A stretch of DNA of 64,000 nt from Heptranchias perlo (lineage: Eukaryota). The stretch is taken from assembly GCF_035084215.1 (NCBI RefSeq), contig NC_090336.1, positions 56,482,001-56,546,000 on the forward strand. Direction: 5' to 3'. Shown piece after piece: positions 47,770-60,905 of the stretch (position 1 is its first letter; each line of letters opens with the position of its first letter). A model generated the notes under the pieces. It made no database searches. It was not told the origin of the DNA and saw only the letters and a list, made by a program, of their open reading frames with translations. Made by a program: the position numbers and the translations under genes.

Positions 47770-48330
47770 CTCCCTGTTTCCCTTGCCATCCAGTTCTGAA
47801 GGTGTGGACTCCTTGCTGAGGTCGGTTTTCACCGGCACCAGGTATCCTATTGTATCTCACTCAAGTGGCCATCACCGATTATCCCTTTTGGATGCCGCTC
47901 ATCTGTAATTTCTTCCACTTCTGACATAGGGTCTACACACCCGAAACCTTAAACTTACCAGCTCTCTCCACAGATACTGACTGACTTGCTGAATGTTTCC
48001 GGCATTTTCTGTTATTATGACCACTGTTCATAGGCGAGCCTCAGCAGTGAGTGTCTGCAGGCTGCTCGACCTCAGAGTCATTATGGCTCAGCCAATCCTG
48101 CCCTTGCCAGATGTTCACACGTGTCCACTTCTAGCTGGGTCACTGGATGGGAAGTTGGCCGATTTTTTTTTGAACCCTTCCTCACCTAGGGACGCTGGGC
48201 AGAATTATAGTACTCCGACTGTATCCCAACTGAGATCAGCTAACTCAGTACAGGCTGGGCATCGAAACTGGGACCGTAACTGTCTGTATGACTATGATAC
48301 CCACTAGATAAACCCACTGATCCATCTGTG
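47770..48330 (-). mobile_element. Second tRNA-derived SINE-like family, interrupted by a Penelope-type remnant (about 47915-48015)
   Basis: B-box-like head (reverse complement of catcgaaactgggacc) followed by ctgagttagctgatctcag; related segment at about 52980-53165. Confidence 0.45.
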
Positions 48331-48654
48331 GGGCTTACCAATGCAATAATGTTTCCCTAAGTCACATCTTTGACGGTTATATTACAGATATTTCTTTTTG
48401 CGCATTCACTCACAGAAATCTGAACATTGCAATTGTGAAAAGAATGATTATACTTTCAGAAGAGTTCACACCTTTGCAAAAGAAGCATATTTAAAACCAA
48501 GCATTAAAAACTAATAACTAACTAAAAAAAACTGAACGAGCAACAGAAACTAAAGGAAAAAAGCACAGCACATCAGGCAGCTTCTGAAACAGGAAGACAG
48601 GTTAACAGTTCAGATGGGTTCATGGTTCAGGTAGGATCCTTTAACAGCTAGAAA

Positions 48655-49100
48655 GGAGGATTTCATGACCTCGGGACATCCAAATGTGTTGCACAGCCAG
48701 CAAAGTACTTTCGAAGTGCAGTCACTGCTAGGGAAACGCAGCAGCCAATTTGCACATGGCAAGGTCCCACAAACAGCAATGACTTGAATAGCCAGATAAC
48801 CTGTTCTAATGATGTTGGTTGAGAGATGAATACTGGCCAGGACACCAGTGAGGACTCCCCTGCTCTTTTTCGAATAATACCATGGGATCTTTACACCCAC
48901 CTGAGAGGGCAAAAGGGGGCCCCAGTGTAAGGTTTCATCCAAAAGATGTCACCTCCGGCAGTGCAGCACTCCCTCAGTCCAGCGCTGAAGTGTCAGCCTG
49001 GGATTTTGTGCTCAAGTCTCTGGAGTGGGGCTTGAACCAATGACCTTCTGACTCAGAGATGAGCGTTACCAACGTGTTACCAACTGAGTCGAGGCTGACA
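48655..49100 (-). mobile_element. Deu-domain tRNA SINE
   Basis: Colinear with 46015-46466. Confidence 0.85.
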
Positions 49101-49483
49101 TTTTATCACTCAAAACATTAACCTTACTCTCGCAGATGTTAACCAACCTATTATGCACTTGTAGCAAGTTTTTTTTAAATTCTGATTTTCAGCATTCACA
49201 GCTTTCCATGTTTTCAATAAAAAGCACGATGTTCTACCTCAATTCCGCGTTTTCCTCGCATTATTCTACGGTCACATGCATTACAACGTGGAAAAATGTT
49301 GTGCTCAGAAGATCGATTCTATTTATATAAACAAACCGCAGCTTAATGTACAAGCTATCGCAGGTTGCATTAAATTAGAATCAACCAAACAGAAACGAGC
49401 TCATTGCATCTCCAAAACTGGAGCGTCACAATAAAGAAAAGCCAAACAATTCTCCTCAATGAGCATTATGGTGTCTCACTTAC

Positions 49484-49648
49484 CCGGAACTCAGAAAGCT
49501 CATTTTGGTTTTAATCAGGAAAAACAAATTTCTTCCCTTGGCGTGCTGACTGCTCCTTCTGTTTTGCAGAAATTCTTATAACAGTGCTTCACAAGTAAAT
49601 ACATGCCCACAATACCACTTAAGTAGGTAACGTCATGGGGATTTGCAT
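49484..49648 (-). promoter_or_regulatory. Candidate promoter plus short first exon (about 49551-49484)
   Basis: Octamer ATTTGCAT 49641-49648, CRE-like TGACGTTA 49635-49628, TATAAGA 49580-49574, strong donor CGG|gtaagtg after 49484. Confidence 0.33.
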
Positions 49649-50620
49649 CATTTAAAAAAAGATCTCATGCACATTGTGGCTTGGGGTGGAGTTTGTTGAT
49701 ATCGTTGCCAAAGAAACGGAACAAAAAAAAACTGCCCCTGACAAATATTGTACATTTGTCCCCTTGTTATAATAAAGGGGTTTGATCCCCAAATTTGATC
49801 CCGTAGCAACATCGCTGCTGAAAATCCTACCACAGAACAGCCTAAAAGCAAAAGTTGAATGGTGCTAACTCCAGCCATTTCATTTTATCCTGTCTTCACA
49901 CCGATCTTAACCCTGCAGCATTTGCAAAGTGAAAATTCCCTGCAAGAAACAGGTGGTGACTGATGAGATAGGAGCGGTTTGGAAACTGTGCCAAAGCAAA
50001 AGTCCAACTAACATGAGAAAAATAAACAGAGATACAGGAAGAACCGTATGAGGGTAGGTTTTTCTCTTTTCTTTGATTCTTACTTTGTTATTTTGTACAT
50101 TCCCCCTTCTTTCAGAAAATAACATATTGGGATAGTGTATATAAGTAATTCGAGACATGACATGTGGTAAGTGTAACATGCTTGGGAGGAACAGGTAACT
50201 TTGGACCTATGGTTCCCAAAGCTCTCCACCACTGGGGGTTTTCCTTGCCTCATGTCTGGACCTGTTGTCAACTAATTGATAGAGATTGATTGCTATGATT
50301 AGTCAACAATTCCATTATTGTTGTATCATGCGGTTATGAGGATGGTAGAAGGCAAACTAGGTGGATTTTTGTCTTTTCTCATCTAGCGATTCCTATGTTC
50401 CTCCTTTCAGTGTCATGCACCATTTGCCAAATGAGAGATTGGATGGTGACCTACTCCAGGAAGGTATGTCGCCATAGGATGAGGTGCAGAAAACATTTAA
50501 AGACTTAAGGAGCATCGGCAAGATAAAGTAACAGCAGTCAAACTGTAGAATGTGCAGAAACAAGCCACTCAGTCCATCAAGTCTGTCTTGATGTTCTTCT
50601 CAATAGATAAAGGATGTATA

Positions 50621-50892
50621 GAAAAAGAAAGACTTGCATTTATACAGCGTTATTTCATGACCTCAGGATGTCCCAAAGTGCTTCACAGCCAAATGAAATA
50701 CTACTGAAGTGTAGTTACTGTTGTAATGTAGGAAATGCAGCAGCCAATTTGCACACAGCAAGGTCCCACAAACAGCAATGTCCCACAAACAGCAATGTGA
50801 TAATGACCAGATAATCTGTTTTAGTGATGTTGGTTGAGGGATAAATATTGGGCAGGACACAGGGGAGAACTCTCCTGCAATTCTTCAAAATA
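50621..50892 (-). mobile_element. Deu-domain SINE 3' half
   Basis: Reverse-oriented tail and central domain; internal 17-bp duplication. Confidence 0.85.
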
Positions 50893-50897
50893 ATGAG

Positions 50898-51277
50898 AGG
50901 AAGGTTGTGGGTTCGAGTCCCACTCCAGAGACTTGAGCACAACATCTAGGCTGACACTCCAGTGCAGTACTGAGACGTTAAACCGAGGCCCTGTCTGCCA
51001 TCTCAGATAGATAGAAAAAGATCCCACGCCACTATTTCGAAGAAGGGCAGGGGCATTCTCCCCGGTGTCCTGGCCAATAATTATCCCTCAACTGATATCA
51101 CTAAAATAAACAGATTATCTGGTCATTATCTCATTGCTGTTTGTGAGACCTTGCTGTGTGCAAATTGGCTGCTGCGTTTCCTACATTACAATAGTGACTA
51201 TACTTCAAAAGTGCTTCACTGACTAAGTCCTGAGGTCATGAAAGGCACTATATAAATGCAAGTCTTTGTTTCTTTCT
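50898..51277 (+). mobile_element. Deu-domain SINE (5'-trimmed)
   Basis: B box gggttcgagtccc through tail tataaatgcaagtctttg. Confidence 0.87.
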
Positions 51278-51739
51278 ATGGCCTCGTTCAGTTTCTCCCT
51301 TAACAGTAAATCTGCTCGTAAGACATTTCTAGATTACTTAAACAAAACCATGTCAATACTAGAATAATAAGAGCAGTACAATGATTTTCCATATATGCAT
51401 ACAGCTGTCCCTCTATACAACATGTGCTTTTACAACATTATTTTGGATATGAGGCGATTTTACTTTGCTCCCAATATTAAAGAGTATTTCTTATTGTTTC
51501 GAAATTCATGCAGTTGAGCAGCAGTTCGTCCATAAAGCTAATTAATGTTCATTGATACACCACTGCACTGAACAGCAGACCCCACTCACTGCCATTAAAC
51601 CGCATCCCAACCATATTCAGCAATTTCAGAGAGATCTATTTGTTGTACTTCATGCTTCATTACAAGTTCAATGAACTTCCTTACAATCTCACAACATCCC
51701 AAAGATAGATTTGCATTAATGTACCATTTTATCATATCT

Positions 51740-52112
51740 CAGAAACATCTCAATGGATTACTCTCAAATACAGTCACCGTTATTATGTAGGCAAACGTGG
51801 CAGCATTTTGCAAACAGTAAGGTCGCACAAACAGCAATAAGATGAATGTCCATTTAATCTGTTTTGTTGATGTTGCTTGAGGAAAGAATATTGGCCAGGA
51901 CATTGGGAGGATGACCTGTGTCTTTGAATAGTGGCAAGGGATCTTCACCAATATTGGAACAGTTTAACATCTCTTCCAGAGAACAGCACCTCGACAATGC
52001 AGCATTCCCTCCGTACTGCTCTGAAGTGTGATCCTAGATTACATGCTCAAGGCCCGCAATAGCATTTGAACCCATAACCCTCTGACTCAGGTAAGAGCGC
52101 TACTGACTGAGT
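51740..52112 (-). mobile_element. Diverged Deu-domain SINE
   Basis: Recognisable central-domain and head blocks. Confidence 0.7.
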
Positions 52113-53167
52113 GGTTTTTAAACTGAGGAAGCATTCAGGTTATAAAAGAACAGAAGATTGTTCTAAAACTCCTCTCCCAAACTGTACTGAAACTTGCTGA
52201 CAGAGCAGAATTTAAATGGGAGTCAACTCAAGCAGTATGTTAAAATGGACTTTATCATCTTTTTAGTTGTCAGTTGCCATTGGCAGAAATAAGAACTCAT
52301 TTCATATCAGTACCACACACAGCACTTGCCTCAACACAAATCTATTTCCATTGGTTGCTGAGAACAGCATAGGGAGAACTTTCCCCCTTCTGTAAAACTC
52401 CTTGTGTGGCAAATATACATACCTCCCTTTTTTTTTTGAAAATGTAAACCACATCAGCAAATTCCTCAATAGTATTTTTTCAGATGCAATTTACACCATA
52501 TCAATTTCCAGTGAATATATCTTCAACCTTCAGTATAACTAGTTATTTTAATAACTCGGCCACCAACAGTGAAATACAAGTATAAAGTACGCAGCGCATA
52601 ATAAAATACCTGGCTATGCAACAGCAAGTCAAGCATCAGGACCAGAGCCAAGTAATAGTTCATCATCACTGTCCAACTTGAACAGCTCTATCCAGTCCTC
52701 TGGTGGCATATGTTATACAGATGTGTCCACTCAGTTCATTGCTCGTCATAAATTTAAAGAGCCCTGTTAGCTACTGGTGAAAGCTTAGAGCTTCATTTCC
52801 ATGACAAACTGTGTGGCTTGCAGTCAAGTCCTGACAGCGTTGACTGCTCTTCCCATCAGTATTTTCATCAGTGCACAATCCAGTCGCGCTTTTTATTTCT
52901 CTTTCTCTAATTCATCCCACGTGGCTTTTGAGCAAGATTATTTTTTTTTTTAAGTTTCTGCTAATTTTCTACACGAATTTGGTCCTCTCTTTCTCTCCTG
53001 AAAGTACCGACTGCTTTGCTGAGATACGGTGCTGCGGGCGTCATGCATCCTCCCCGCCTTATTCATACGTCAGCCTTCACCAGGATTGTCGACGTGCTAT
53101 TTAGCTTTGTTGGGCATCACAGCAGAGTCTAGTTCTGTCATCACTCAATGTCTGCACATGTGTACGA

Positions 53168-53347
53168 GCAGATTATCTGGTCATTTATCTCATTGCTGTT
53201 TGTGGGACCTTGCTGTGCACAAATTGGCTGCCGTGTTTCCTACATTACAACAGCGACTACACTTCAAAAGTGCTTAATTGGCTGCAAAGCACTTTGGGAT
53301 GTCCTGAGGTTGTGAAAGGCACTATATAAATGCAAGTCTTTCTTTCC
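53168..53347 (+). mobile_element. Deu-domain SINE 3' part
   Basis: cagattatctggtcatt...tataaatgcaagtctttc. Confidence 0.85.
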
Positions 53348-53989
53348 TTACCAATGGGATGTCCTGCAAAAATTACTAAATGGAACAACAGCTTGACAGA
53401 CATTGCAATGTGTACATATCTTTATTCTATAAATTGCAATGAATCATCTTTTCAACAGCAAGTTAGTGAATTCTGCAGCTGTTACGATAGTGGGTTCTTT
53501 CTTGCTCTGTATAATTACATCCTTGTGAGTCCTTGAAACCGTGAAGTACCATTGCCATTTTAAGGCGGAAAATTGATCAGCTCCCCAACACATTATTCCC
53601 TGCGTACTAAAGCTGAGATAAGCTGCATCAAATTACACTTTCTGCCGTGCAGCACTCAGAATTGTTAGTCAGTTGCATTATGCAAATTAAAGCTGTGCCA
53701 ACTAATTTTTGTAATTGATTATTCCATCCATATTAAAACAATTAAGTGTCTATACAGACACAGTGAAACATCACATAAATGGTACAGTCTCCTAATTAGC
53801 TGCAAATTTAGAATCATTATTAATTAATGTGTTGACAAACAGAGAGTAATCAGCTTAACTATTTAGTTTTGGTTCCATCTTAATTCAGCCATGACTATCG
53901 AACCCAAGTGTAGCCCAACTCAATAAAAGTGAAAGTAAAGGCTCCTCATGCTCCTACTGTTGCTCCTGCTCTTGCGTGCTCCTCACCTC

Positions 53990-55505
53990 CCTGTTCCTCA
54001 GACCAACTCCCTCATCTGCGCTGATTCCCTGAATTTACCTTTCACCATCCCCTGACTCCCTGGTCTTCACAGTTCTTGAACCTCGAGATTCACTTACACT
54101 GCTCCTCGCTCTCTGCTGGTGCACTGGATCCATTAGTGTGCACTACTAATACAGAGGCCTTTGCTCACCCCCTTAGATCTACCTCCGCTGGCTCACGGCC
54201 GACTCTCCACACCTCCTGGGCTCTCCACTGGATAACCTCTAGCAGTGCGCCCACTGATACTCTGCCCCTCAAACAGCCCCTGGATTCACTCATCTCCACA
54301 ATTGCCTCCAAAAAAACCCTCCTCAAGTCTTCTCTGTGACTGTGACCATGGAGCATTTTCCCTTCTCATCCTTCTCTATCTCTCTGCAGCCGTTGACATG
54401 ATCGATCACACCATCCTCTTCCAACACCTCTTCTCCAGTGTCCAGCTCAGTGAGACTGCCCTCACTTGGTTCTACTCTTATCTATCCAGTCGTAGCCAGA
54501 ACATCTCCAGCAATGGCTTCTCTTCCCACTCTTGCACCATTACCTCTGGAGTCCCACAACAATCTATCCTCGGCCCCCTCCTCTTTCTCACCGACATGTT
54601 GCCCTTTGCGACATCATCTGCAGACATAAGGGGTCAGCTTCCACATGTACACTAATGATGCCCAGTTCTAACCCTCTTGACCTCTCCACTGCCTTTGCGT
54701 TGTCAGACTGCAGTCCTGCAATTTCCTCCAGTTGAAGATTAGGAGGTCCTAAATATCATCTTCACCCCTGCACCACAAACTCTGTACCCTTGCCACCGAT
54801 TCCATTCCCCTGCCTGGCCATTGTCTGCAGGGTTTTCACAACTTATTGACTCCGTGCTGAGCTTCTGACCCCATATTCCCTTCGCCACAAAGAGGGTCTA
54901 TTTTCACCTCCATAAAATCAGCCACATCCGCCCCAGCCCCTGCCCATCTGCTGCTGAAACCCTCATCTATGCCTTTGTCGCCTACAGACTCGACTATTCC
55001 AATGCTCTCCCATCTGGCCTCCCCATCCTCCACCCTCCATACACTACAGCTCACCCGAACTTCTGCTGCCCGTACCCCAATCCGCACAGCCATCACCCCA
55101 TGACTTTGGTCCCCAGTCCACAAGGCCTCAAATTTGAAATTCTCATCCTCTTTAAATCCTTCCAAGATTTCACCCACCCCCTCCCCCCACCACATCTGTA
55201 TCCTCCTCCAGCCCTGTGTTTCACAGACTCTGGCCTCTCGTGTATCCCCCATTCCCTTCTCCTGATCATTGGCGGCCAGATCCAGCCTCCTAGATCCTAA
55301 GCTCTGGAATTGCCTCCTTAAACCTTTCCGCCTCTCCACCTGCCTCTCCTCCTTTAGGACCCTCCTTAAAATCCACCTCTTCGACTAAGTTTTTGATCAT
55401 CCCTTCTAATATCTCTTTCTTTCTCTTGGTGTCCATTTTAGTCTGGTTCCGCTTCTAGGGATATTTTTCTATGTTAAAGGAGCCATATAAACGCACGTTG
55501 CTGTT
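53990..55505 (+). mobile_element. Degenerate L2 LINE (RT to 3' end)
   Basis: LCDCDHG..SLLILLYLSAAVDMIDH, TSGVPQQSILGPLLF; L2 tail atgttaaagg..atataaa..ca.gttgctgttg. Confidence 0.82.
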
Positions 55506-56104
55506 GTATTTCATCCTTCAATAAACAGCAACGTTAAAAATCTAACTCAATATCAAATTACCTTCCTCAAGCATGTAACCGATGAAAAGTAGCCAAAACT
55601 AAGAAAACTTGATGTTCTAGTTAACTCAGTCACCTGACATTCAGGGTGAAAGAGCAGTTCAGACTTTTAATGCGTCACTTTACTTAACCTAACACTAAAA
55701 TCATCCTGAACAACATTCATTTTCTCTCAGTTAAGTTGCTTGTGCAGGATGTGATTCAACTTCAAATCTAGATAGACGCCAGAAATACGAGTCAGTACTG
55801 TCCTTCTATTCACCAAGACGGTTTTGTACACATACTTCATCAACGTCAAGCGTTGAAAATATTACATTAAATTCAGAAAGCTCAGACTACATTTAAATCT
55901 GTTGGATTTATAGTTATCCCATGCTTTAAAAAAATGGTATACATGCAGCAATTATACAGCATGAGACAGTGATTCATGCAGCTGTATTAAACAATTTAAC
56001 ATTTACCTCTCTGCATTCAGATATAAATGCGCATCTACCAGCAGATCTCCCATGGTATTGCTCATGGTGAATCAGAGAATATACTTGAGCGTGACATCTG
56101 AAGT

Positions 56105-56287
56105 GTGACCAGAGTTTTGATTTTAACCTAACCCCGCCCCGGGGGGTGGGGGGAGAAACTGGGCGAGTTCGGATCGGACGCCCATTTTACACCTAGCCCG
56201 ACTTCATGCTCCATTGAAGTTGGCTAGGGTGCTAAACGGGCGTGGTACCCTAACCCGTCCCCTTTCCCCCCAATAAAATCGGAGCTC
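56105..56287. mobile_element. Palindromic MITE-like element
   Basis: Internal inverted arms gacgcccattttacacctagccc / ggctagggtgctaaacgggcgt around ctccattgaagt. Confidence 0.5.
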
Positions 56288-56992
56288 ATCTACGTCTTGG
56301 GACCCAACAAGTATCTGCCACATTCCAGGCCTAGTGTAAAACAATCTTTGGCCCATAGTCTGAACTTTAGTGATCTCAAGGACTTACGAGAAGCTATATT
56401 TACCCAGATTCTCATAGACAGTACTTCGGCAGTGACCTGAAAGGAACGGGCAAGTTAGTAGCTAAACGTCACAACTATGTTGCACACCCCACACTGCTCA
56501 TGAGCAACACCGTGGGATATCCAGAGTCAGTGACAGGGAGAGGCAAAGACAGTCAGGGCACAGGTTCGGTCGCGGCTGGGGGAGATTTCGCTAAAGGGTA
56601 TTGCCAACTGTGCCCTGATGAAAGCTGTGTTACTTAAAATGGACACTGCTGGTTTCCCATGTCATGAGTAGGGAAAACCCCTTAAAGGAAATGTCCCAAA
56701 CCTTCCAACGCTCTTCTCTCCCTGCTGCAAATGGTTCCCCATTTCCTTTCTCAACCCCACGCCAAGACCACATCCTGAGGCAGCCTCTAGGCCCATCCTT
56801 TTGGAACTGTGCTCCCAATTAGGTTATGAGCTGAGGTTCCATTATATTCATATTGCTGCGTTTTTAATTTTAAACCAAGACATATTTCCCATGGTTACCA
56901 GCTGTCACCCAACAGGGCAATCAGTACCAAAGCAGCCCCAGGGTTGGTCATCAGGGCTCAGCTCTGATCGCGTGTGGCAGTGGGGATGGGAG

Positions 56993-57237
56993 TAGGGTTG
57001 CCAACCCTCCAGGATTGCCCTGGAGTCTCCAGGAATTGATGATTAATCTCCTAGATAATGCTGCGAGCAACACCAGGTAGAAAAATCACAGCGACCTGAA
57101 AAAAATTCATGAGTTTCTGTCATTTTCTTTGAATGCTTTCATTAATTAGTTCCAAAAATATTGGACGGGGCAGTTGGAGGAGGGCGGTCATGTGATGAAA
57201 CCTCCAGGGAAATGTTCAACCAGAGTTGGTAACCCGA
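56993..57237. mobile_element. hAT-type MITE (related right end at about 39890-39902)
   Basis: TIRs TAGGGTTGCCAAC / GTTGGTAACCCGA; 8-bp TSD GATGGGAG (56985-56992) / GATGTGAG (57238-57245). Confidence 0.85.
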
Positions 57238-57514
57238 GATGTGAGGGAAGATGTGGGCCTTGGGCCTCGAGGCTTGAAGTTGGGGTGGAGGGGATGGGGG
57301 GAATCGGAGGTCTAGCTGCTGACAAGTTGTGGTGGGGAGAGCCATAGCGGAAAAAGGGGGTGGAAATTACAGGCAGCAATGGGGTACAATCAAAGCAGAG
57401 GAGTAGAGGGGTGAATAACAGCTGCAAAAATCAGCAGCAGGGAAGAGGGGAGTCAGCTTCAGCCCATTAGCCAATTTTAGCTGCTCCAAGATAGGGAATT
57501 CAGGAGAAACGTTT

Positions 57515-57750
57515 ATACGTAGAGAGTGATTAGAATGCAGAACTCGCTACCACGGGGAGTAGTTGAGCCAAATAGCATAGATGCATTCAAGGGGAAGCTA
57601 GATAAACACTTGAGGGAGAAAGGAATAGAAGGATATGCTGATAGAGTGAGATGAAATAGGGAGGGAGGAGGCTCGTGTGGAGCATGAACACTGGCATAGA
57701 CCAGTTGGGCCAAATGGCCTGTTTCTCTGCTGTACATTCTACATAATTCT
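57515..57750 (+). mobile_element. CR1 3' fragment
   Basis: Same 3' UTR as 12600-12830, in the opposite orientation. Confidence 0.82.
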
Positions 57751-58304
57751 ATGTAAGATGGGCGTTGCTGCAATACCCCTAGCCCTGGAGACCAAGCTCA
57801 GGGGACTCGATCCGATGTAAGCAAAATGAACAAGTGAGTTTAACAGTGACAGGCAGGCATGAAAGAAACGCCATAATGGGAAGATGTTATAGGAAGTAAG
57901 TGTGACATTTACAGGAAATGCATGCATGCACAAAGCTTCATATATTTTATTTTAAATAATAGCCAACTCTTCTTAATTTAAAGTTGCTTAATAATTCAAA
58001 TGTCAGTTCCATTTTTTAGAACTAAATTTCCACTTTGCTGTGCTATTTATGTTGCTCAATTCAAATTAATGGATAATTTAGTTTTGTTTAGTCCAAAATT
58101 ATTGATAGACTGTATGTATTTTCAAAATGCATCAAATTTAATTTAATCTTATCATATCGTTGAGATAAGAATTTAATATTAGGCCGCAAAAAACTATGAG
58201 AGTAAACCCAAAGGAAAAGTAGCAGTTCAATCAATAATGGGATCAAACGGAAACTGGGTTCTCGACACCAACAGAAGTGCAATATCGCAAGTAAAACAAC
58301 TTAC

Positions 58305-58399
58305 CAATAGCTGATGTGAACTTTTAGGTTGCAGGTTGGGTTGGGTTGTGTTGTTAACCCAAGTATATTATTTCATTTCAGCAGACACAAGGTGACCTT
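58305..58399 (-). other. Probable non-coding 5' UTR exon of SHANK2 (95 nt)
   Basis: Strong acceptor tgttcttttttctctttgcag, donor TTG|gtaagt, same strand as SHANK2, stops in all three frames. Confidence 0.55.
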
Positions 58400-58464
58400 C
58401 TGCAAAGAGAAAAAAGAACATACTGTTACAGACATTAAATCAACAAAATTGGGTGATCAGATGA

Positions 58465-59130
58465 TAGTATCATAGTAGGTACAGCACAGGAGGAGGCCAT
58501 TCGGCCCATCATGTCTGCGCCGGCTCTCTGATAGAGCTATCCAATTAGTCCCATTCCTCTGCTCTAGCCCGGCAAATGTTTTCCCTTCAAGTATTTATCC
58601 AATTCCCTTTTGAAAGTTATTATTGAATCTGCTTCCACCCTTTCAAGCAGTGCATTCCAGATCATTACAACTCAGATCAAAACTTTTATTTTAACCCTTT
58701 ATTTACTCATGGGTCAGGCCACATTTGGAATACTTGTGTGCGACCTTGGGCATGCTATCTTCAAAAATGACATTAATACATCAGCAACTCGTCGGAGGGA
58801 AGTGTTCACGATGATCCCAGACTCAAACCACCCAGTTTGGAAAGAGAGACGCATTGCAGCAGCCCTTTTGAATGGGTCCAGGGTTCGGGCCAGGAATCGG
58901 GAGGTCTAGGAATTACTGGAACAGGGATTGGGGGCTTCCGGGGGTTGGGCCAGGAACATAAGAAATAGGTGTAGGAGTTGGCCATATGGCCCCTCGAGCC
59001 TGCTCTGCCATTCAATAAGATCATGGCTGATCTTCGACCTCAACTCCACTTTCCTGCCTGATCCCCATTCCCCTAGAGTCCAAAAATCTATCGATCTCAG
59101 TCTTGAATATACTCAACGACTGAGCATCCA
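58465..59130. mobile_element. Cluster of short CR1 fragments
   Basis: CR1 3' tails at 58465-58675 and 58950-59130 (minus) with a degenerate piece between. Confidence 0.75.
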
Positions 59131-60515
59131 AGGCCCACCACTACCATTCAACCCAATCCTCATACAATCTCATGGCTCTGTCTCATACTCACCGTCTCAT
59201 GCATCTCTTTCACAGTCAGCCTCACTCAACCTGCCACTACCTGTGCTCCAGCCACAGGGCATGCATCACATATGTGCAGTAGGAAGCGTAAGGCAAACGT
59301 GTGGTGAGCATGAAGGGGATGCGCAAGGGTGTTTGTGGGTTTGTCATGGTTTTTACTTATATTTGATTTCTGATCAACTCACATCACATATTATATTGTC
59401 ACCACTACTGCCACGTCTTTGAAATCTTGTCTGGTTTGTGCAATAATGTCCTTTCCTGAGGATCACTATGAAGACCCACACCTGATGCCACCCATTGTGT
59501 CACTGCAGAGTGGGTGTAGGTTTATTTGCAGGGCTCTTTTGTGCAGACAAGAGAGATGTTGGCGATGTCCCCGGTGGCACCCTGGAAGGATGCGGAGGAG
59601 AAGTTGTTGAGGACAGTGGTGACTTTGACAGTGACAGGTAAGAAGATGGTGCTCGGGCCAGCCGGGAGCAGCTTGGCATGAAGGAGGCTGCACATGTCCA
59701 CGACTACATGTCGAGTGACTCTGAGCCTCCGTGTGCACTGCTGCTCAGAGAGGTCCAGGAAGCTGAGCCTCAGTCTGTGGACCCTGTGGCGAGGGTAGTG
59801 CCCTCTGCGACGCATCTCTCTCTGCAGTTGCCCCCCCTCCTGCTGTGCAGGTGGATGTGTCACAGCACTGTGTTGTGGAGCTCCACATGTCAGAGGTGGC
59901 CGGCGTGGCCGGCGAGGCTGGTGAGGCTGTTCGCCCTCCGAGGAGGTCATGACTGCAGCTATGGCAGCCCCCATCCGGAAGATGTACGTTTGAGGGGGTC
60001 CGCAAGGTAGGTAAATGTGTCTGCACACCGGGGTTGAGGTTCCAAGTTTGTGAATTTTATTGTTAGGAGGAGGGTGGTGGAGGCCAAACTTTGTCCAAAG
60101 TGACAGAGTGACCTCCTGCAATGAGTGAGGGTCTCCCCCCCACACACACGTCAAATGGACCTTTGCAGCTGCCACAGGCTGGTGGCTGCAACACGTCCAT
60201 TTCAACTGGGAGTGTTTCCCCCAGTACGGGAAACATGCTCAATTTGAATGAAAATCCCACCCCTCCTAAAATATCCTACAAATCAGGTCTGCAAACAACC
60301 TGAACTATCCAATTAATTGGTTTAATGGGATCCTGCCAGCTTTAATTGCCGGCGGGAGTCCCGCATGCAGGTGCTGCACGCGAATCTAAGCACGTCATTG
60401 GGGAACCCGGAAGTAGGCGGGTTGGAGCCGGGCTCCGGACCCGCCCCGGGAATCCCCAATTATCGGAGCCCCCCCCGCCATGAACTCGTGTCTCAAACAT
60501 CCGAAAATCGAGCCC
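59131..60515 (-). mobile_element. PIF/Harbinger DNA transposon remnant with HARBI1-like transposase N-terminus (ATG at 59974, frame lost near 59545)
   Basis: FLDLSEQQCTRRLR...VKVTTVLNNFSSASFQGATGDIANIS resembles the Harbinger/HARBI1 LGFYTSGSFQ..GD..GIS segment; right terminus GGGCTCGATTTTC(GG) ending at 60515. Confidence 0.85.
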
Positions 60516-60674
60516 AGAATGTCAAAAACCTAAATCTGTATTAAAATATTTCCAGAGAGATCAGCCCCAACAAAATCAAGCCTTCCTTAAATGCAAAAAG
60601 AGTCCATTCCAGCCAGTATCTCCTCGCAACCCCTTCCAAGTCATGTCTCTTGCAATAAAGAAACAGTCCATAGG

Positions 60675-60905
60675 CTCACATAGAAATGCATAGAATGTAC
60701 AGCACAGAAACAGGCCGTTCGGCCCAACTGGTCTATGCCGGTGTTTATATTCCACACAAGCCTCCCACCACCCTCCTTCATTTAACCCCATCAGCATATC
60801 CTTCCATTCCTTTCTCCCTCATGTGTTTATCCAGCTTCCTCTTCAACGCATCTCTGCTAGTCACCTCAACTACTCCTTGCGAAAGCGAGTTCCACATTCT
60901 AACCA
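60675..60905 (-). mobile_element. CR1 3' fragment
   Basis: CR1 tail and UTR. Confidence 0.82.
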
